Positions 9,126 through 21,661 of a stretch of 64,000 bases of DNA are shown piece by piece. Both the position numbers and the translations under genes were made by a program. Position 1 is the first letter of the stretch, and every line of letters starts with the position of its first letter. A model generated the notes under the pieces. That model saw only the letters and a program-made list of their open reading frames with translations, did not search any database and had not been told where the DNA came from. Source of the DNA: Geopsychrobacteraceae bacterium (GTDB lineage: Bacteria > Desulfobacterota > Desulfuromonadia > Desulfuromonadales > Geopsychrobacteraceae); NCBI GenBank assembly GCA_963676795.2, contig CAXXTB010000001.1, positions 1,056,001-1,120,000 on the forward strand, in the 5' to 3' direction.

Positions 9126-10103
9126 ATGAGAGCAATTGTTGGTGTTCTGTGTGCCGTTGTCATGTTTGCAATGGCGATGCCTGTTCAGGCATTCACTCTG
9201 TATGAGAAGGGAAATTTCAGTTACAAGCTGGACGGTGACTGGCAGATCCAGTTCCGCCAGGCGGCTGGAGATGACCAAGATTTCGCCATGGACTACGATG
9301 ACCTGGAACTGAAGAACTATGCCAAGTACCAGGTGACTGATGACATCTGGGTCGGGGGCCGTGTTGACCTCGCCGGTGATAAGGCCGCAGATGCTTCTGG
9401 CACTACTGAGATGCAGTTCGAAGAAGCCCGTCTGGAAGTTGGCTACAAGAATTACAAGGTCTACTTCGGCACCTACCTGAACGCCATGGATATGTGGCAG
9501 ATCGGACCTGGCGTTCGTTATGAGACCGACGATGCCATCGGCCGTTACTCTGGCGTCGACCTTTGGGGCGCATGTAAAGGTGATGATCTGGTTTCCTTCG
9601 AAGCTAAAAAAATCGGCGGAATCCTGACCATCAGGGCCGATATCGAGATGGAAGATGAGACAGATTCAACTGATAAGTACGGCCCTTACTGGGATGTTTC
9701 TGTCGGCGCAGCCAAGGATGCCTGGAGTGTTGCAGGTATCTATCAGGTGATTGATCATGATACCCGTGGTGATGTTTCTACTTGGGGTGTCAATGCCAGC
9801 TACGATTTCAAAGTTGTTAAGCTATTGGCTGAGTACAGCGCTACAGAAGCTGAAGATGATGACAATTTCGGCGGCGGTTTCGCTACCGGCGCTGTTGTTG
9901 TTCCTTACAAGGACTGGACCTTCAAGGCTTCATACCTCAACGTAACCTATGAAGATGATGCGGAAGACGATGTGAACGGCTGGAGCACCAGCATTGTTTA
10001 CCACATTCCGCAGACTAAAGCCTGGGTTATCGGCGAAGTTCAGAATAGCGATGTAGATGATAGTGATCCAGGTTATATGCTTGGCCTGCGTTTCAGATTC
10101 TAA
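9126..10103 (+). CDS. Outer-membrane porin (beta-barrel)
   Basis: Signal peptide (..PVQA/FTLYEKG), alternating aromatic beta strands, C-terminal YMLGLRFRF. Confidence 0.8.
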   Translation: MRAIVGVLCAVVMFAMAMPVQAFTLYEKGNFSYKLDGDWQIQFRQAAGDDQDFAMDYDDLELKNYAKYQVTDDIWVGGRVDLAGDKAADASGTTEMQFEEARLEVGYKNYKVYFGTYLNAMDMWQIGPGVRYETDDAIGRYSGVDLWGACKGDDLVSFEAKKIGGILTIRADIEMEDETDSTDKYGPYWDVSVGAAKDAWSVAGIYQVIDHDTRGDVSTWGVNASYDFKVVKLLAEYSATEAEDDDNFGGGFATGAVVVPYKDWTFKASYLNVTYEDDAEDDVNGWSTSIVYHIPQTKAWVIGEVQNSDVDDSDPGYMLGLRFRF

Positions 10104-10159
10104 GGCTTAGCGACATTACCCTATAGATTTGTTTTCGTGAAAATTATTGGTCTTACCAT

Positions 10160-10200
10160 AGCTGCTTTTCTGTATTCATGCCAGAGGAGCAGCTTTTTTT
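10160..10200 (+). terminator. Intrinsic terminator after porin
   Basis: AGCTGCTTTTCTG...CAGAGGAGCAGCT + T-run. Confidence 0.65.
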
Positions 10201-10298
10201 GATGCAAAGTCGTGATTATTGGTATTGAATCAGTACAATTGAGTACGGCGCCGGGATAGGACGTCTATGGTTTCTATTTGAGAGGGAGCGAGGTTGTT

Positions 10299-11021
10299 AT
10301 GAGGAATTTTTTCAGTTCTGTTGCATATTCATGTTTGATTATTCTGGGTGGTGTCCTGATGATGACGTCATCAGTATGTGCGGATGTACGTATGGAGCTT
10401 CCCACGGATGTTGACGTGTTTGCTGTTAATGGGGAGATTGCAATGATTGAAAATGTCGTACAGCTTCCTGATGGAGTGAGCCAGATAGTCGTCCGTTATG
10501 ATGGATTGCTACATTCCGGGGATAAAAATTCAGCCTTTCCTGATCAGGTTCAGTCCGCTGCTTATGTCATCAAGTTTGATGCTGCAGATGAGGTATTGCA
10601 GCTTATTATGCCTCAGTTCAGAGAGGCCTACGATGTTGTTCAGTTTGACAAGAATCCTGATATCCTGATTCTTGCGGCCGAAGGTAAACCGGTTGATTTT
10701 AAATACGAACGTTTGGAATCGCAGGGGTTTGCTATCTTTCGTGATTTTGAGCGTGAGCTGGAACGATTCAATAAGACCGACTCTCCTGCGGCGGTTCCTC
10801 CCGTCAGGGCCGAAACTTGGCAGGCCAGAACTTCTCAGGGCGGATCTGCCGCTACTGCTCCACGACTTGAGGAGACAGGATCTGTCGAGCTGATTCCTCC
10901 ATCGATGACGCCATCTCAGCAGGACGAGGCGACTAGTATGTCGGTGCAGATGCTGAAATTCTGGTGGCAGCAGGCGGATGATGTTTCTCGTCAACAGTTT
11001 TTGGATTCGATTGATAGATAG
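10299..11021 (+). CDS. Exported protein resembling YccT/DUF2057 family
   Basis: Signal peptide, LP.DVDVFAVNG, LPDGVSQIVVRY, C-terminal MLKFWWQQAD...RQQFL pattern. Confidence 0.65.
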   Translation: MRNFFSSVAYSCLIILGGVLMMTSSVCADVRMELPTDVDVFAVNGEIAMIENVVQLPDGVSQIVVRYDGLLHSGDKNSAFPDQVQSAAYVIKFDAADEVLQLIMPQFREAYDVVQFDKNPDILILAAEGKPVDFKYERLESQGFAIFRDFERELERFNKTDSPAAVPPVRAETWQARTSQGGSAATAPRLEETGSVELIPPSMTPSQQDEATSMSVQMLKFWWQQADDVSRQQFLDSIDR

Positions 11022-11132
11022 GGCTCTATTTCTGACCCTGCCCGTAAATGGATGCGCGGGTATTAAGAAGTTACCATAAGCACTCTTTTATCTGTTCTGA
11101 ACTTAGAAGATGCTGTGAGACCAGAATCCGCT

Positions 11133-12005
11133 TTATGGGGCATTTGTCCGGAAGAACGAAAGTGCATGCTCGGCGACTTTTCTGGCATTTTCCATATGGA
11201 CATGATGAGGGCCAGAAACATCAACAAGTGTAAGGTTCCTCATTATGTCATACCTTTCCTGCATGTACGGTCTCTTCCAGAGGTTTCCTTTGCTTGCACG
11301 TAAAAGTAATGTCGGGGCTGAAATTCTTTTCAGGAAGGCAAGTACTTGTTCCTGAGTGAAATAATACAGGGCTCCGATAAGCAACCGAGGATCGCTACTC
11401 CAGGTTATTCCGTTCTCTGTTACCCTGGTTCCCCGTTCTGTGAGAGCTAAAGTGTTCAGATAGCTCATGCGTAACTGCGGGGGAATCTTTTTTGAGGACA
11501 AACGCGCCTTCGCGGCTTCTTCCGTATTGGCATAGATGGTGAGCCCTTTTTTAGTAGTTGATAACGAGTGTAGAACTTTGCTTTCCAACATAATGGGGCC
11601 ATCTTCGGGGAGCGATGACCGCGGCCCGAGATTGTCTATAACAGCGAGGCTGATGATTCTCTCGGGTAGGATAGAGGCTATGATTGATGCAAGTGCGGCG
11701 CCCATGGAATGTCCAAGTCGGCTAAATCGTTGCCAGCCAAGCTCGTTAGCAAAGGCAATGATATCCATGACGTAATCATCGGCATAATATGATGTGCCAT
11801 GCGGCCGGTGTTCGGACTGTCCATGTCCTGGTAGATCCAGCGCTATGAGTCGAATTCCTGGTAAGTTCCCAGAAATTGCAGCAAAGCTTGCAGCATTATC
11901 CAGCCAACCGTGAATCGCCAGTACGGGTATCCCATTAACTGGTCCCCAGGCCAGCCCTCTAAGGCGTAAGTTTGGGGTTTGGATGTCAATTTCTTCGCTG
12001 CGCAC
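11133..12005 (-). CDS. Alpha/beta fold hydrolase
   Basis: HGWLDNAASF, DLPGHGQS, GHSMG nucleophile elbow, GPHHVHME. Confidence 0.88.
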   Translation of the reverse strand: MRSEEIDIQTPNLRLRGLAWGPVNGIPVLAIHGWLDNAASFAAISGNLPGIRLIALDLPGHGQSEHRPHGTSYYADDYVMDIIAFANELGWQRFSRLGHSMGAALASIIASILPERIISLAVIDNLGPRSSLPEDGPIMLESKVLHSLSTTKKGLTIYANTEEAAKARLSSKKIPPQLRMSYLNTLALTERGTRVTENGITWSSDPRLLIGALYYFTQEQVLAFLKRISAPTLLLRASKGNLWKRPYMQERYDIMRNLTLVDVSGPHHVHMENARKVAEHALSFFRTNAP

Positions 12006-12276
12006 GTAAATCTCCTGTAGCTACCAATGCGGCCTGTTATATATGTGGATGTTGCTGTTATGACGATGATACTCAGTTAGATGAATTGCCTATTGACGAA
12101 TATTCCACCCTAAGATGTTTTGGGGGCAATTTCCAGAAAGATCTTATTCAAGAGAGGCTGCTAATTCAGGGAGGGATGATCGTTGCTATCCATGTCATCC
12201 ATTGACAGATTGGTTTAACGAAGATATTTTTGTTTCCGATGTGCTTTATTGATTATTTCAATGCGTGAGAGGCGAT

Positions 12277-13182
12277 ATGACGTTACGTCAACTTGAGTTA
12301 TTTGTGGCAGTTGCAGAGACAAAAAGTTTTTCGCGTGGTGCCGAACTTGTATGTTTGACGCAGTCGACGGTTAGTCAACATATTGCCGCGATGGAAGCGG
12401 AGGTCGATACCCGCCTGTTTGACCGGACCAGCAAGGGCATTTTTCTGACTGCCGGTGGTGAGGTCTTTCTCTCTCATGCGCGTCGAATTCTGGCCGAATA
12501 CCGTGCCCTTTATAACGGAATGGAGACTTTTCACGGTCTTGAATCGGCAACACTTGTGCTGGGTGCCAGTAACATCCCGGCCAATTATCTGATCCCTAAA
12601 ATTCTGCCGTTATTGCAGAGCGAATACCCGGGTATCAGGCTCGAAATGCGCAGTGGTGACAGTCGTGAAATGACCGATCAGCTTGTCGCCGGGCAGGTCG
12701 AGATGGCTATCGTCGGGGGGCTGATGGATCCGGAGCGGGTGAACTACTGGTCATTGATGGAGGATCACCTGGTTTTGATCGTCGGGCAGGACTCTCCGCT
12801 CCGAGAGCGCAACACAATCCCACTGGCCGAGCTTGGGACATTGCCGCTGATCGTGAGGGAAAGTGGTTCAGGAACCTTCCAGACGCTTGAGAATCAGCTC
12901 TACGCTGCAGGGTTCCCCGCCGAATCACTGACCATCGTTGCCCGTCTGGGAAGTAATGAAGCAATACGTCAGGCCGTTGCTGCAGGTTGCGGTTGTGCTT
13001 TCGTTTCCGATTTGTCGATCGCTCGTGAACTGGAGCGGGGAGATCTTTTTAAACTTGAAATCGAAGGGTTATCGATCGTCCGTCAGCTGTGGCTGGCAAC
13101 GCTCAAAGATCGTACATTGTCTCCGGCGGTAGAAGCGCTTAGCCTTTTGTTGCGAAAAAGATACAGCCTTGCTTCGGCGTGA
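12277..13182 (+). CDS. LysR-family regulator (CysL/selenium-metabolism-associated type)
   Basis: MTLRQLELFVAVAETKSFSRGAE..LTQSTVSQHI HTH; GASNIPANY, RESGSGT, LGSNEAIRQAV. Confidence 0.9.
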   Translation: MTLRQLELFVAVAETKSFSRGAELVCLTQSTVSQHIAAMEAEVDTRLFDRTSKGIFLTAGGEVFLSHARRILAEYRALYNGMETFHGLESATLVLGASNIPANYLIPKILPLLQSEYPGIRLEMRSGDSREMTDQLVAGQVEMAIVGGLMDPERVNYWSLMEDHLVLIVGQDSPLRERNTIPLAELGTLPLIVRESGSGTFQTLENQLYAAGFPAESLTIVARLGSNEAIRQAVAAGCGCAFVSDLSIARELERGDLFKLEIEGLSIVRQLWLATLKDRTLSPAVEALSLLLRKRYSLASA

Positions 13183-13348
13183 CAGTTCGGTAAATTGAAA
13201 ATTCATAAAAAATAAATAAGGTGTATAGTTGTATCTGATCATTGGCTGAAAAGTTGAAGCCCAGAGTCATTTTTTGAAATCAGCGGATTCCTCTGCCACA
13301 AGATCGTTGTCGCCTCAGGCAGATCTCCAACACATCACCGGGCAGGAT

Positions 13349-14194
13349 TCATGCGCGCCAAACTTTGTACGCGACCTTTGCTTTTCCACTGGATTTAACC
13401 GAGTACATCAAGTCATCGGCGATATTTATAGCTTCATCAATATCATCAGGAAGGGTTTCGAATGTAACCAGACCCGCACTGAAGGTCACTGGCCAATCAA
13501 ATTCAACCATGCGCTGATGTAATCGCCCGATAAGTTTATCATAGGCAAGTTTAGCTTCTTTAAGATGTGTTTCAGGGAAAAGGATGGCGAACTCATCTCC
13601 TCCCAGGCGTGCGACTGTATCAATTGACCTTGAATTCTCTATAATGCTATTGGCGACCTCAAGAAGCAGCCGATCTCCCTCGTGGTGGCCAAATGAATCA
13701 TTTATGTTTTTGAAGTTGTCGATATCTATATAGGCTAATGAGAATTTATGATTGTATCTTGATGAGCGAACGAGTTCTTTTTCCAATTCTGAATGAAATT
13801 TTCTTGAATTGTTAATGCCTGTCAGGTGGTCTGTATCTGCTGCTAATGATTCAAAATGATGAACTTTTCTGAAATTAGTAACGATTATTGAAAGTGATAT
13901 TCCAACAATTAAAAACGCGGTATTTTCAATAAATATTGTTTTTATATCTGCGCAATTAAGAATTGAAAATTTTAATATAGTTAATAATAAGTAAATTGAA
14001 ATTGTTAGAATTAATCCAGACTTCCTTGATCCATACCAGCTTGCTAATAGAATTGGCAGAATGTAAAAAATCTCAAGAATGTAAATTTCTTTAATAATAA
14101 ATATGGCCATTGTAATAAATATGACGAAAAAAATAGACATCCTCCATATGAGTTTATATGAACGATTATCAAGAATGTGTAATAATGTTTTCAT
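13349..14194 (-). CDS. Membrane-anchored diguanylate cyclase (GGDEF)
   Basis: N-terminal TM helices; DHLTGINN, DIDNFKNINDSFGHHEGD, ARLGGDEF. Confidence 0.92.
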   Translation of the reverse strand: MKTLLHILDNRSYKLIWRMSIFFVIFITMAIFIIKEIYILEIFYILPILLASWYGSRKSGLILTISIYLLLTILKFSILNCADIKTIFIENTAFLIVGISLSIIVTNFRKVHHFESLAADTDHLTGINNSRKFHSELEKELVRSSRYNHKFSLAYIDIDNFKNINDSFGHHEGDRLLLEVANSIIENSRSIDTVARLGGDEFAILFPETHLKEAKLAYDKLIGRLHQRMVEFDWPVTFSAGLVTFETLPDDIDEAINIADDLMYSVKSSGKAKVAYKVWRA

Positions 14195-14617
14195 CTTATA
14201 ATTTATTCAGTGAGTTGAATTATTTTTAAAATCCATTTTCTATAAAAGTATACACAACAAAAATGCTGCTTTTCGAAATTAACAATACGCTTACAAGGAA
14301 TCGAAATCTCTGTTCTTTAGCAGGCTTTTTAAACGGCAGGCGGGAGAAACATCACCCCGGAAGTCGGTATGGTGACATCCCCCACCAGATTATGCTGAAA
14401 TATTTACAATCTGATCCGCCGTCAAGAGACATTGGCAAAGTTATATCGACAGTCTTTTAGAAAGAGTTTTCCCCAAATAAAAATCTGAATATTCGTTAAT
14501 CTTTTACAGCGTTTGCTGACGGATTAATTCTCATCTCGAGGTTATCCAAGGCTATCCAACCCGGCCTTGAAGAAGTCATTGTTTACGATATAGTTAGTGG
14601 AACTATGAGGTGTCGAA

Positions 14618-16099
14618 ATGAATGTTCTATTGATTTATCCGGAGTTTCCAGACACATTCTGGAGCTTCAAACATGCCTTGAAACTGGCCCATAAAAGAGC
14701 TTCATCGCCGCCGCTGGGATTACTGACCATCGCCGCAATGTTGCCTCGGACATGGAATCAGCGCCTGCTCGATCTGAACGTCACCAAGCTGACCACCAAG
14801 AGTCTGGACTGGGCAGATGCGGTCTTTTTGAGTGCTATGCTGGTTCAGAGAGAGTCCGCCCGGAGCATTATTGCACGATGTAAAAATGCGGGACTCCGGG
14901 TCATTGTCGGCGGACCGTTGTTTACCAGCGAGCATGAAGAGTTTACTGAAGTCGACCATTTTGTGTTGAATGAGGGGGAACTGACTCTGCCTCAGTTTCT
15001 CAATGATTTTAGCCACGGCCAAGCGAAACAGATCTATTCAACCTCCGAGTTCACCGATATTCAGAAATCACCCGTACCGTTGTGGCAGTTACTTGACATG
15101 CGACGTTACGCGTCCATGAGCCTGCAATACTCTCGGGGCTGTCCTTTTCACTGTGATTTCTGTAATGTGACGACACTGTTCGGTCATCAGCCTCGTACAA
15201 AAAGCACTCAACAGGTTATTGCTGAACTCGATGAACTCTATACACAGGGATGGCGTGGCAGCGTTTTTTTTGTTGATGACAATTTTATCGGCAACAAGAA
15301 ACAACTGAAAAAGGAACTTCTTCCGGCGCTGATCAGCTGGCAAAAGAACCACGACGGACTCTCCTTTCATACCGAAGCTTCAATCAACCTTGCTGACGAT
15401 CCAGAGCTGGTTACGATGATGGTCGATGCCGGATTTGACACGGTTTTTATTGGCATTGAAACTCCCAACGACCAAGGTCATGCAGAATCGGGCAAGAGCC
15501 AGAACGAGAACCGCAATCTGGTTGAGGATGTAAAATATCTGCAAAAATCCGGGTTGCAGGTCCAGGGTGGATTCATCGTCGGCTTCGATAGTGATACGCC
15601 AGCCATTTTCCAGAGTCAGATCGATTTTATTCAGAACAGCGGCGTCGTCACGGCGATGGTCGGTCTGCTTCAGGCGTTGCCGGGAACGCGACTTTACGAG
15701 CGTATGCAGCGGGAGGGGCGCCTGGTCTCGGTATCGACGGGAGATAACGTCAGTACAGCCACCAACATCGTGCCAGTCATGAGCCTTGAGTCCCTGCAAC
15801 AGGGCTATAAAAAAATCCTGCGGACAATTTACTCTCCGAAAAACTACTACCACCGGATTAAGACCCTGCTGCGGGATTATCCGCCACCCAGGATTCATTC
15901 TTCACTGGGCTTTCGCTACAAATTGGCATTCTTTCATTCTCTTTATCGACTGGGTTTGTTTGGTAAAGAGCGTGTATATTTCTGGCGGACCCTGATCTGG
16001 ACACTATTCCATCGTCCTCGCCTGTTTCGCCTGGCGGTGACATTGGCAATTTACGGCTACCATTTCCGCACGATCTGCGAACGCTACGTGTTACGCTGA
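14618..16099 (+). CDS. B12-binding radical SAM protein (DUF4070-type)
   Basis: PPLGLLTIAAMLP B12-binding start, SRGCPFHCDFC CxxxCxxC, FFVDDNFIGNK, GFIVGFDSD. Confidence 0.88.
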   Translation: MNVLLIYPEFPDTFWSFKHALKLAHKRASSPPLGLLTIAAMLPRTWNQRLLDLNVTKLTTKSLDWADAVFLSAMLVQRESARSIIARCKNAGLRVIVGGPLFTSEHEEFTEVDHFVLNEGELTLPQFLNDFSHGQAKQIYSTSEFTDIQKSPVPLWQLLDMRRYASMSLQYSRGCPFHCDFCNVTTLFGHQPRTKSTQQVIAELDELYTQGWRGSVFFVDDNFIGNKKQLKKELLPALISWQKNHDGLSFHTEASINLADDPELVTMMVDAGFDTVFIGIETPNDQGHAESGKSQNENRNLVEDVKYLQKSGLQVQGGFIVGFDSDTPAIFQSQIDFIQNSGVVTAMVGLLQALPGTRLYERMQREGRLVSVSTGDNVSTATNIVPVMSLESLQQGYKKILRTIYSPKNYYHRIKTLLRDYPPPRIHSSLGFRYKLAFFHSLYRLGLFGKERVYFWRTLIWTLFHRPRLFRLAVTLAIYGYHFRTICERYVLR

Positions 16100-16138
16100 A
16101 GACTCCTGCCCCCTTGTTTTTTGCGAGAGGTGTTTGCC

Positions 16139-16959
16139 ATGAAACCAGCCAGAAAAACTGCAAAACCGCAACAGGTAGGCAGGTTAGAGCGGATTCTGGT
16201 AAACGGCCAGTGACGGAATCGTTGCCATGGACAGACCGGGAATATGTTTATGCCAACGCGGCGGCTGAGAAGATTCTGGGCCTCAGCAGGACTGAGATCC
16301 TTCAGCGAACCTATAATCAGCCCCTCTGGAAAATCACGACGTTAAAGGGGCACCCCGTGCCCGATGAAGAAACCCCGTTCAAAAAGGCTTTGGAGGAAAA
16401 CCAGGAAGTCTATGGCCTGAAGCTGATTATCGAGCGGCTGGACGGCGAACGGATTATCATCACCACCAATGCGACCCCAATGTATGATAGCGCCGGTAAT
16501 TTCGACGGGGTTGTCGGCATTTTCACCGATATCACGGAACAGCATGAACTTCAGGAACAAAACATTACCTACCATCATACCCTGACTCACGATCTGTATA
16601 TTCCGCTGTCGGTGATTCATGACCACGCGGAAATGCTGTTGAATGCGTTGCAGGAGAAGCCCTTGGGTGCTACCGCATTACAGAATATCGAAGCCATCAT
16701 GGACAGCACCGAAAAAATGGAGAGAATGATTACGGATCTGCTCGACACCGCCCGCATCGGAGGGGGGCAGGTTTCGCTGGAGAAAGAGCCGCTTGCTCTG
16801 GCCGCCTTCGTGCCCTCGCTTCTTCATCGTTCCCTCAACGACAATGACCGGAAAAGGGTCGAAATCCATATTCCGAATGAACTGCCAGTCCTATACGCCA
16901 AGAAGCGCCGTTCCCCACAGCGTGTCAAACAGGGTTCACCCACAGTTGCCGCGCAGTAA
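16139..16959 (+). pseudogene. Decayed PAS-domain sensor histidine kinase
   Basis: RBS+ATG at 16139 stops early; two frameshifts near 16200 and 16237 restore LERIL(E)TASDGIVAMDR..EYVYANAAAE; H-box THDLYIPLS present; HATPase_c domain absent after ..PVLYA. Confidence 0.75.
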
Positions 16960-17319
16960 AACCATCGTAAACATCGCGTCAATTTCTTACTGTTAGATTT
17001 TCTCAAAGAAAGGCTGACCACGGAGAATTGCTATGGCAACAGCTGAGCGGTGCTCAACGCTCTGTAGTCAATCGACACCGGCCGGGCTTCGTTCTCTTTC
17101 AACTTTGTTGCAACGCCAGGTGGCAGATGGACAAGAGCCTAGCCTTATCTCCTGCAAGTGCAGAGAAAGGTGGTATCCTTTTATTACTGGCGGAGCGCAA
17201 TGAAATTGATGGTTTCGCAGAAAATCATAAGACCTGAGGTCTAAGCAAAACCACCAGATGCAAGGCGTGCAATCGGCGATCAATGTGGCCGTCGAGGCGG
17301 CAAGGGCACAGAGGTCTGA

Positions 17320-19214
<1,895 letters not shown>

Positions 19215-19222
<8 letters not shown>

Positions 19223-19535
19223 GCCGGATCAGCGTCCTGAGTTCATCCAGGAAGTTGGTAAAAAAGCGGAACGCAAACTCAAAGCGCAGCGCCAGACCGT
19301 ACCGGGGGTCTGGTTCGGGCTGGGGATGGTGGGGCTGATCGGCTGGTCGGTCGTGATCCCGACGCTGCTCGGCGCGGCGCTGGGAGCCTGGCTCGACGAA
19401 CAACAGGCCGGCGGGCATTCCTGGACGCTGGCACTGTTGGTCGCCGGTCTGGTGCTTGGCTGTTTCAATGCCTGGCGCTGGATCGCCAAAGAAGGGCAGA
19501 ACATAGGCGCGGACCAGGAGGATGACCATGAATGA
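19215..19535 (+). CDS. atpQ: N-ATPase AtpQ (AtpZ/AtpI-family membrane protein)
   Basis: GLGMVGLIGWSVVIPTLLGAALGAWLD; operon position. Confidence 0.85.
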
Positions 19536-19845
19536 AATAGCGATCATGCCCTTGGTTTTGCTGGCCGGTATGGGGCTTGGCGGGGTGTTTTTCGGCGGTC
19601 TCTGGTGGACGGTAAAAAAAGGGGTTTTGTCGACTCGGCCGGGGCTTTGGTTCTGCGTCAGCCTGGTGGTGCGCAGCAGCATTGTTCTGATCGGATTTTA
19701 CTTTATCGCCGGCGACCATTTGGAGCGGCTCTTGCTCTGCCTGCTCGGATTTTTTCTGGCCCGCCTGGTCGTGATCCGGCTGACCCGCATACCAGAAAAG
19801 TCAGCATGCCCTATAGAGGAGCCTCGCCATGCGCCTGAGCCCTGA
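19528..19845 (+). CDS. atpR: N-ATPase AtpR subunit
   Basis: G..FFGGLWWTV, S..VR, LLGFFLAR; diagnostic of N-ATPase operons. Confidence 0.85.
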   Translation: MNEIAIMPLVLLAGMGLGGVFFGGLWWTVKKGVLSTRPGLWFCVSLVVRSSIVLIGFYFIAGDHLERLLLCLLGFFLARLVVIRLTRIPEKSACPIEEPRHAPEP

Positions 19846-20527
19846 TGAAATCATCTTCTGGCAACTGGGTTTTTTCAAGTTCAACGCGACCATTGTTTTC
19901 AGCTGGGGACTGATGTTGGTACTGGTTGTCGGTTCATTGCTGATCACCCACAATCTGACCACCGGACATAATCGCTCCCGCTGGCAGAACCTTCTGGAGA
20001 TCGTCGTCACAGCCATTATCGCGCAGATTCAAGATGTCGGTCTGAGTCAGCCGCGCAAATACCTGAGTTTTCTTGGCACGCTGTTTCTGTTTGTCGCCGT
20101 CGCCAGCCTCGCTACCATCATTCCCGGTTACGAGCCGCCGACCGGCTCGTTCTCGACCACGGCAGCGCTGGCCTTGTGCGTATTTGTTGCCGTGCCGTTG
20201 TTTGGCATCGTAGAGCAGGGAGCTGTCAACTATGTTAAATCATACATGCAGCCGACGCTGATCATGTTGCCGTTTAACATCATCAGCGAGATTTCCCGCA
20301 CCCTGGCTCTGGCTATCCGTCTGTTCGGCAACATGATGAGCGGAGCGATGATTATCGCGATCCTGCTGACGATTACCCCCTTCATTTTTCCGATTCTAAT
20401 GACCCTGCTCGGTCTGCTCACCGGCCTGGTGCAGGCCTACATTTTCAGTATCCTGGCGGCGGTTTACATCGCCGCTGCCACCCAGGTGCGCAGGGAAAAG
20501 TCTGATGGCGAAAGTCTTGAACCATGA
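19829..20527 (+). CDS. atpB: N-ATPase Fo subunit a
   Basis: PFNIISEISRTLALAIRLFGNMMSG (essential Arg), VQAYIF..LA.VYI. Confidence 0.95.
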   Translation: MRLSPDEIIFWQLGFFKFNATIVFSWGLMLVLVVGSLLITHNLTTGHNRSRWQNLLEIVVTAIIAQIQDVGLSQPRKYLSFLGTLFLFVAVASLATIIPGYEPPTGSFSTTAALALCVFVAVPLFGIVEQGAVNYVKSYMQPTLIMLPFNIISEISRTLALAIRLFGNMMSGAMIIAILLTITPFIFPILMTLLGLLTGLVQAYIFSILAAVYIAAATQVRREKSDGESLEP

Positions 20528-20552
20528 CCGACCTCAATGCAAAGGAGCAATC

Positions 20553-20834
20553 ATGGACAGCATGACCATAATTGGACTGATCTCGATTCTCACCGCCGGG
20601 CTCACCACCGGTTTCGGAACCATGGGGCCGGCGCTAAGCGAGGGGAAGGCTGTTTCGACCGCCTTAAGTTCTCTGGCCCAGCAGCCCGATGCGTCCGCGA
20701 CCATCACCCGGACATTATTCGTCGGTCTGGCGATGATCGAGTCCACGGCCATTTATTGCTTTGTGATTTCGATGATACTGATCTTCGCCAATCCGTTCTG
20801 GAATCATGTCATCGCCCAGGTCACGGGGAAGTAA
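20553..20834 (+). CDS. atpE: N-ATPase Fo subunit c
   Basis: PALSEG, AQQPD loop, IESTAIY; AAGGAG RBS. Confidence 0.95.
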   Translation: MDSMTIIGLISILTAGLTTGFGTMGPALSEGKAVSTALSSLAQQPDASATITRTLFVGLAMIESTAIYCFVISMILIFANPFWNHVIAQVTGK

Positions 20835-20838
20835 CCCG

Positions 20839-21660
20839 ATGTTGATTGATTGGTTCACCGTCGCCGCTCAGGCGCTCAATTTTCTCATCCTGGCGTGGTT
20901 GCTCAAACGTTTCCTTTACCAGCCGATTCTCCAGGCCATTGACGCGCGGGAAAAGCGGATCGCTCTGGCCCTCGCCGACGCCGACCGGAAAATGGCTGAA
21001 GCAGAGCAGGAACGTGACGCGTTTCAGATCAAAAACGAGGAGTTTGCTCGCCAACGCGACGCGCTCTTAATTCAAGCGGTGAAAGAAGCGAAAGCCGAAC
21101 GCCAGCGGCTGCTTGACGCCGCGCGCAGGGCCGCCGACGAGTTAAGCGCCAAACGCCGGGAGACACTGAAAAACGATGCCCGCAACCTGAATCAGGAACT
21201 TCAGCGCCGGACCCAGCAGGAGGTCTTCGCCATTGCACGTCAGGCGCTGACCGATCTGGCCGCGATCAGTCTGGAAGAGCGTCTGACCGAGGTCTTCATA
21301 CGACGCTTGCGCGAACTTGACGGTGAGGTCAAAGCCGGTCTTGTCTTCGCCCTTAGGAACGCTTCGTCTCCGGCACTGGTGCGCAGCGCCTTCGACCTGG
21401 CCGCGACACAACGTGCAACGCTCAAGCAGGCGCTCAATGAAACCTGCGCGGCAGACATTGAGCTTCGCTTCGAGACCGCGCCGGAGCTGATCAGCGGCAT
21501 TGAACTCAGCAGCGCCGGTCAAAAAGTGGCCTGGAGTCTCGCCGATTATCTGAGTTCGCTGAAAGAGGGGGTTGATGAATTGTTGAATGGACAGGAGAAG
21601 TCTGACGCTCCAGACAGGCCTGGCGGCGAAGAAGCTGACGCCGCGACAAAGAGACCATAA
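20839..21660 (+). CDS. atpF: N-ATPase subunit b with delta-like C-terminal extension
   Basis: [30 protein letters not shown], coiled coil, C-terminal [15 protein letters not shown]. Confidence 0.92.
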   Translation: MLIDWFTVAAQALNFLILAWLLKRFLYQPILQAIDAREKRIALALADADRKMAEAEQERDAFQIKNEEFARQRDALLIQAVKEAKAERQRLLDAARRAADELSAKRRETLKNDARNLNQELQRRTQQEVFAIARQALTDLAAISLEERLTEVFIRRLRELDGEVKAGLVFALRNASSPALVRSAFDLAATQRATLKQALNETCAADIELRFETAPELISGIELSSAGQKVAWSLADYLSSLKEGVDELLNGQEKSDAPDRPGGEEADAATKRP

Positions 21661-21661
21661 T

